A DNA stretch of 21,174 nucleotides from Chlamydiia bacterium. GTDB taxonomy: Bacteria; Chlamydiota; Chlamydiia; Chlamydiales; 2-12-FULL-49-11. The notes beneath the pieces were generated by a model that saw only the letters and a list, made by a program, of their open reading frames with translations, searched no databases and was not told the origin of the DNA. This document shows positions 16,328-21,174 of this stretch, piece after piece. Each line of letters starts with the position of its first letter. Within the stretch, counting starts at the first letter, position 1. The translations under genes and the position numbers were made by a program. The stretch covers positions 1-21,174 of the forward strand of contig JBIKLZ010000018.1 in NCBI GenBank assembly GCA_044359535.1, given 5' to 3'.

Positions 16328-17546
16328 ACAGCAAGGATTTTTTCTAGTGAATTTGGGTGTAGCCTTTGAGCATCTTGACATGATGCTCAGCTCTTTACTT
16401 GCTAGTTGTATTGTAAAAGAATTTATCTACTACAATAGCTATGCAACTGAATTACTTGTTGCCTACACAGCGTACGCCATTGCCTTTTTATTTAGACCTT
16501 TGGGGGCATTTTTTTTTGGTTGTATAGCTGATTTATATGGAAGAAAAATTTCGTTACTTGGGTCTATGGTCTTAATGTCTACTGCAACCTTTGCAATTGC
16601 TTTTATACCAAGTGTAAAGGTTTTAGGGTTTTTCTCTACTATTTTATTTCTTACTTGTCGTATTGCCCAAGGGCTTGCTGTTGGAGGAGAATATGGCACT
16701 GCTATGACTTATTCTTACGAACTTAATCCAAAATTACGAACATTTTATGGCGCTTGTGTAATTTGCTCCACACATATTGGAGGGCTCTTTGCAAGTTTTT
16801 TAGCTAGTCAATATGTAGAAAATTTCCGTCTAACTTTTCTTATAGGGGGATTAATCGGATTTTTTATCCTATTATTTCGCTCGATTTTAAAACAATGTGA
16901 TGTTTCTACTTCGAAAAAACTCTATAAACACATTAAAGAATCGGTAAAAAACAAAAAGGCTATTTTAAAAGTAGTGGTTGTTGCCTCTATGCAGGTTCTA
17001 GTTTTCTATGGATCTTTAATTTATGTTAATGAGCTTGTTTATCAAAATCTTTCTATTTCTCGCTCTTTGATATTTAAAGCCAATTCTCTACTTCTTGGGC
17101 TATGGGTTATTATACCTTTTTGCTTTGGTTATGCTATCGATAGATTTAATTTCTCTTATCTAAAAATAATGAGATTTAGCGCCCTTGGAGTTTTTTCTAG
17201 CGCCCCTGTTTTAGGTTTTTCGTTAACTTTTAACTCATATAAAACAATTTTATGTGCCCAAATTTTTATGCATATTTTTCACATGGTTTTTTGCCTTTGC
17301 ACTCCCCACTTTTTTGGAGATCTTTTTCATCAAAAGATACGTGCTACAGCAATTTCGACAAGCTATTCTCTAGGGGCCTCTTTTTCGGCAGCTTTTGCCC
17401 CGCTAATTTGCCATCTTAGTATCAGTTTTTTTCACACAACCTTTGCTATTTGTCTACCTTTTATGGGGGTTGCATTGGTTGCTATTTTTATTCTTAAACA
17501 GGAGGATTTATGCAAAAAGATGACTCTTTTGAACTCTACGACATAA
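16311..17546 (+). CDS. MFS transporter, metabolite:H+ symporter (ProP-like) family
   Basis: FRPLGAFFFGCIADLYGRK and RIAQGLAVGGEYG motifs; about 12 TM helices; overlaps the upstream gene by 17 nt. Confidence 0.9.
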   Translation: MKISNEQQGFFLVNLGVAFEHLDMMLSSLLASCIVKEFIYYNSYATELLVAYTAYAIAFLFRPLGAFFFGCIADLYGRKISLLGSMVLMSTATFAIAFIPSVKVLGFFSTILFLTCRIAQGLAVGGEYGTAMTYSYELNPKLRTFYGACVICSTHIGGLFASFLASQYVENFRLTFLIGGLIGFFILLFRSILKQCDVSTSKKLYKHIKESVKNKKAILKVVVVASMQVLVFYGSLIYVNELVYQNLSISRSLIFKANSLLLGLWVIIPFCFGYAIDRFNFSYLKIMRFSALGVFSSAPVLGFSLTFNSYKTILCAQIFMHIFHMVFCLCTPHFFGDLFHQKIRATAISTSYSLGASFSAAFAPLICHLSISFFHTTFAICLPFMGVALVAIFILKQEDLCKKMTLLNSTT

Positions 17547-17854
17547 AAGTTGAGGTAGTTAACAATGGATTTAAGCCCATGATATGTAATCACAAAGAGG
17601 GGGACTATTTCCTCCTTAGTGGGGAAAACTTTTCTCTACCTGATGGACAAAGCTTTCCTATTTATTGCCTTGCCGCTTTAATTCCTATTATCACAGTAAA
17701 ACAAAGATTTTGCTCCCCTAATGATTGGATCTCTACAGACCATGAGGTTGCTTGCCCTGATGTTAATTGTGGTGCCGTTTTTAAAATATCAAGGGTAGGA
17801 AAAACAACTTTTTATCACCACCTAATAACAGCTACAAGGATAATGGATGAGTAA
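17510..17854 (+). CDS. TIGR04076-like Cys-rich small protein
   Basis: ELYDIKVEV...CNHKEGDYF.LSGE...VACPDVNCG; CAGGAGG RBS; overlaps both neighbours. Confidence 0.75.
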   Translation: MQKDDSFELYDIKVEVVNNGFKPMICNHKEGDYFLLSGENFSLPDGQSFPIYCLAALIPIITVKQRFCSPNDWISTDHEVACPDVNCGAVFKISRVGKTTFYHHLITATRIMDE

Positions 17855-18842
17855 ATACATACAAACTTCAAATATAATTAGAGGATGCTGGCAGCTGGCA
17901 GCTTCACATTCTAAACAAAATAGCAGTATAGAACCTATTAAAGACGCTATCGAATGTGGTTTTACAACTTTTGACTGCGCAGATATTTATCTTGGTGTGG
18001 AAGAATTATTAGGAAAAGCTTCAAAAATTTTTATAGATAAAAAGCTGCAAATTCATACTAAATTTGTACCCGATCTTAATCAGCTGGAAAAAATTGATCG
18101 CAAATATATTGAAAATATCATCTATCGAAGTCTTGATCGTTTGCAAATAGAGAGTATCGATCTTGTTCAATTTCATTGGTGGGATTTTAAAATTAAAAAC
18201 TACTTAAAAGTGGCAGAAATTCTCTTTGACTTAAAAGCTTTAGGTAAAATACAAAATATTGGCCTTACAAATGTAAATACAAAATATCTAGAAGAATTTT
18301 CAAAATACTTTGATATTACTTGTTTACAAGCCCAAGTTTCTCTTTTTGATAGAAGAATTGAAAAAGGAGTAGGTAAATTTTGCCAAAATAAAAACATTAA
18401 GATTTTTGCATATGGATCGCTACTAGGGGGTTTTGTTAGTGAAAAATGGCTTTATAAAAAGGAGCCAAACCTTCAAGATTTAGAGAATCGCTCTTTGGTA
18501 AAGTACAAGCTTTTGATTGATGCATCTTGCGGCTGGAATAGATTTCAAGAGCGTTTGTTTACTTTATATAACCTTTCTATTAAGTACCATTGTGATATTT
18601 CATCTATTTCTATAGCAGCTTTACTTCAAAGTGGAAGGGCAGATTCGGCAATTGTGGGTCTAAGCCCCACTAATTTTAAGGAGCAAAATCAGAGTTTAAA
18701 ACATCTCCCCCTGTTAGATTTAAAGGATCTAAATGAGATTTGTTTTTGGAGCTGTAATTTGCAAGGGGATATTTATGATGAAGAAAGAGATATAAATAGC
18801 GCTCATGCAAAAATTATGAAATACAACCTTAATGCCCAATAA
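17847..18842 (+). CDS. Aldo/keto reductase
   Basis: GCWQL, FDCADIY, HTKFVP, SLDRLQIESIDLVQFHWW, IGLTN, AYGSLLGG motifs. Confidence 0.92.
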   Translation: MSKYIQTSNIIRGCWQLAASHSKQNSSIEPIKDAIECGFTTFDCADIYLGVEELLGKASKIFIDKKLQIHTKFVPDLNQLEKIDRKYIENIIYRSLDRLQIESIDLVQFHWWDFKIKNYLKVAEILFDLKALGKIQNIGLTNVNTKYLEEFSKYFDITCLQAQVSLFDRRIEKGVGKFCQNKNIKIFAYGSLLGGFVSEKWLYKKEPNLQDLENRSLVKYKLLIDASCGWNRFQERLFTLYNLSIKYHCDISSISIAALLQSGRADSAIVGLSPTNFKEQNQSLKHLPLLDLKDLNEICFWSCNLQGDIYDEERDINSAHAKIMKYNLNAQ

Positions 18843-19329
18843 CAGAAAGATTTAACTTTTGTAGCTTAAAACTTGCCTTATGTAGAAGAATTTAATTTTT
18901 TTCTATATAATGCTGGAACGTTTCCTTCCAAGGCTAGAAAGAGATAACATGCAAAGGGTCTATAATCTTCTTAAAGAAGCTTAGGTAAATTTAAATCTAA
19001 ATCGGATAAGCTATACTTTTATTTTTAATTTTCAGGTTTATTTTCAAGGTTAAGTAACTGTTTTTTATAATTAGTTTCTCCTTCCAACAGTTCACCTTTC
19101 TGGAACAAATCAATCATCGATGTGAGTGTTTCCACTTCTTCAGTTAGGCAAACACTTTTGCACTCACGATGGGTTAGAGAGGGGTCTTCTCAAAAGGAAA
19201 AATCGATCAAAAAAAAATACTTCAAACAATTTGTTTAACTTGTTTTTGAAATTTTTGAATTATTGGATTGAAATTAAATAACCTAGGTATTCATAATTGT
19301 CTTGTATTTTTAACCGAAAGAGGTGATAC

Positions 19330-20568
19330 ATGGCATCTTTATCAAATACTTTTTTTATGATTCCAAGAGAGCTTCCAAGTTATCTAAAGGTTGCTTACTC
19401 GCTGCGTTACGCCGATGAGCCAAATACTGGAAATTGTCTTTCACGTATTGCCAATGTTGTCAAACGCACCTTTGCTTTAATTAAAGAACTTATTAATTAC
19501 AGACCCTGCTTGAGCGATTTCAAAATTAATATTGAAAAGCTCAATAGGGCTTTTGAGAAAATAAATAAAACCGTACAAGGTAATCAAAAACCTCTTTGCG
19601 TTTATTTCGTTAGTTCCCAAGACCACAATGGAGCTATCTTAGGAGACCATCTTTATTACTATCATCATTATAAAATTCAAGGGCTGCAAAAGCATTTTGC
19701 TGTCGCTCCAATGGTTGTCTCTTCTCAAGAAGAGATGAAAAATTTTATGACCTCTCTTCGAGATAACTATCCTCAAAGAGAAATTAAATTTGTTGATGTA
19801 GTAACTCATGGTGGTAAGTCTTCTTTAGAAATTCATCCTCCACGTCAAGGGTCGATTACCCCTGATGTATTGAGAGAGGATCTTTTTTCAGACTGTGCCT
19901 CTGATGCGACAATTTTATTAGATGCATGTATTACAGGATTGGGAGATAGAAATATTGCAGACGAAATTGCTAGAATAACCCCAGGAAGAACAGTATTAGC
20001 CCCCGGTCCTTCACTATATTTTTCAAAACCTGTGATCAAAGTGACCGAGAATAATCCTCGGGTAGTTTCTGCAGTCCATGGGTTTGCAATTTTTAATGCC
20101 TATGAATGTAAATCCTTTTTATATTCAGAAAAACAAGTCACGCAATATCCATATCTAAATGAAAACAACCTGAAGAAGGATATTTTATTAATAGCGGAGT
20201 CTTCGCTCCTTCAAAATACTTGGCTCGATCGGTTTGTAAAAAGTGATAGAAACGACTATAAGACTCAAATAGGTCGTATTTATAACGGGCTTTCTGAAAG
20301 CACCCAAGCTATGATTATACAGAAACTTCGCGAAAAAAATGAAAATTTTGATGGAAATTTCGTTCTTAATGACCCTCTTAATCCTCATGTTCTTTGGGCA
20401 TTTCGATCGATTTTTAAGGAATTGGTGCACGAAGTGCGTGAATATCCTCAGGTTAAAACGGCTAAGATAGGTCTTGTTATTAGGAACATATTGGAAGTGA
20501 TAAAAGAATTTTTTCGCGATCTTACTTATAGAGAAGCTCTAGCTCCCCCTCAACCTCAGATTTCTTAA
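19330..20568 (+). CDS. Hypothetical protein with putative clan CD (caspase-fold) His-Cys dyad
   Basis: GAGGTG RBS; FVDVVTHGG and TILLDACITG motifs; no Sec signal peptide. Confidence 0.65.
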   Translation: MASLSNTFFMIPRELPSYLKVAYSLRYADEPNTGNCLSRIANVVKRTFALIKELINYRPCLSDFKINIEKLNRAFEKINKTVQGNQKPLCVYFVSSQDHNGAILGDHLYYYHHYKIQGLQKHFAVAPMVVSSQEEMKNFMTSLRDNYPQREIKFVDVVTHGGKSSLEIHPPRQGSITPDVLREDLFSDCASDATILLDACITGLGDRNIADEIARITPGRTVLAPGPSLYFSKPVIKVTENNPRVVSAVHGFAIFNAYECKSFLYSEKQVTQYPYLNENNLKKDILLIAESSLLQNTWLDRFVKSDRNDYKTQIGRIYNGLSESTQAMIIQKLREKNENFDGNFVLNDPLNPHVLWAFRSIFKELVHEVREYPQVKTAKIGLVIRNILEVIKEFFRDLTYREALAPPQPQIS

Positions 20569-20757
20569 ACTTTTTTGATCCTGAGTATAGTTGTCTTTTA
20601 GAACATTTTAACTAACTCTAATAACTCTCTTAAAGAAAGTTACCTCATTCACAGTCATAGAAACACACCCTTTTGTAGTTAGCGCCTCCGATAATTGCTT
20701 ATCTCAGTAAACCCAAAAGGGGGCATTTCTAAAAAACGGTTAAACGTAAAAATACAA

Positions 20758-20786
20758 TTGACTTTTTCGATAAAATGCTTTACTCT
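20758..20786 (+). promoter_or_regulatory. Candidate sigma66 promoter
   Basis: TTGACT 20758-20763, 17-bp spacer, TACTCT 20781-20786. Confidence 0.4.
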
Positions 20787-20881
20787 GTTTCTTTAAAACC
20801 ATTTTGATGACTTAATTTTAAGCTGATTTTTTAAAAAAAAGCGAAAAAAATTAATTAACTCATTACAAAAAAAGGATCTTT

Positions 20882-21174
20882 ATGTCATCTGTCACAAAAG
20901 CGCTATTTGATGCAATACCTTCGATAATTTATGTAGATGAGGATAATAATGTAAAACCTCCTTCATATGGAACAATTGAAAAACTCATGAGCTCATTGCA
21001 AGAAAATGGTCCCCTCATAGCAGTCGGTCAAATGGGCCCAAGTGCTTATACAGAACCCCCTTTTAAACTGAAAAACAAAGAGGTCTATGGTTGGAAATCC
21101 GATACACGTAGACAAAGATCTTGTTTACAAAATGTAATCTTACTCAGGGCACAAAGAGATAAATCCACTGATAA
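20882..21174 (+). CDS. Hypothetical protein, runs off the window
   Basis: AAAGGA RBS; open frame MSSVTKALFDAIPSIIYVDEDNNVKPPSYGTIEKLMSSLQENGPLIAVGQMGPSAYTEPPFKLKNKEVYGWK... to the window end. Confidence 0.7.
   Translation, partial: MSSVTKALFDAIPSIIYVDEDNNVKPPSYGTIEKLMSSLQENGPLIAVGQMGPSAYTEPPFKLKNKEVYGWKSDTRRQRSCLQNVILLRAQRDKSTD

Noticed and set aside
983-20430. Short antisense or off-frame ORFs inside long genes (e.g. 983-1243, 5524-5808, 13412-13852, 16463-16699, 20188-20430)
   Set aside because: No motifs; explained as shadows of well-supported genes.

Overview
AT-rich bacterial window, most likely from an environmental member of the Chlamydiota (CT387-like LOG-domain gene, Inc-like bilobed membrane protein, chlamydial-type TrpR operator). 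A conserved-looking block (1-3509) ends at a tRNA-CAT. A decayed accessory zone follows (about 3.6-12.4 kb) with two IS3 right-end remnants, scattered pieces of an IS5/IS903-group element, two 103-bp MITEs derived from it, and relics of hicB, hsdR, a trypsin-like protease, an RHS-like toxin with immunity-like gene and a methyltransferase, around an intact methyltransferase and a GH3 NagZ-like enzyme. The highlight is a pair of adjacent amino-acid-sensing modules whose leader peptides are missing from the ORF track. (1) A His-rich leader peptide precedes a sodium:solute symporter that contains no histidine at all. (2) A TrpR operator, trpR and a WW leader peptide sit not before trp biosynthesis genes but before an overlapping FAD monooxygenase (MICAL-like motifs), MFS transporter, TIGR04076-like protein and aldo-keto reductase. 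The window ends with a putative clan CD protease and a partial ORF. All family calls are by eye and memory; no searches were run.
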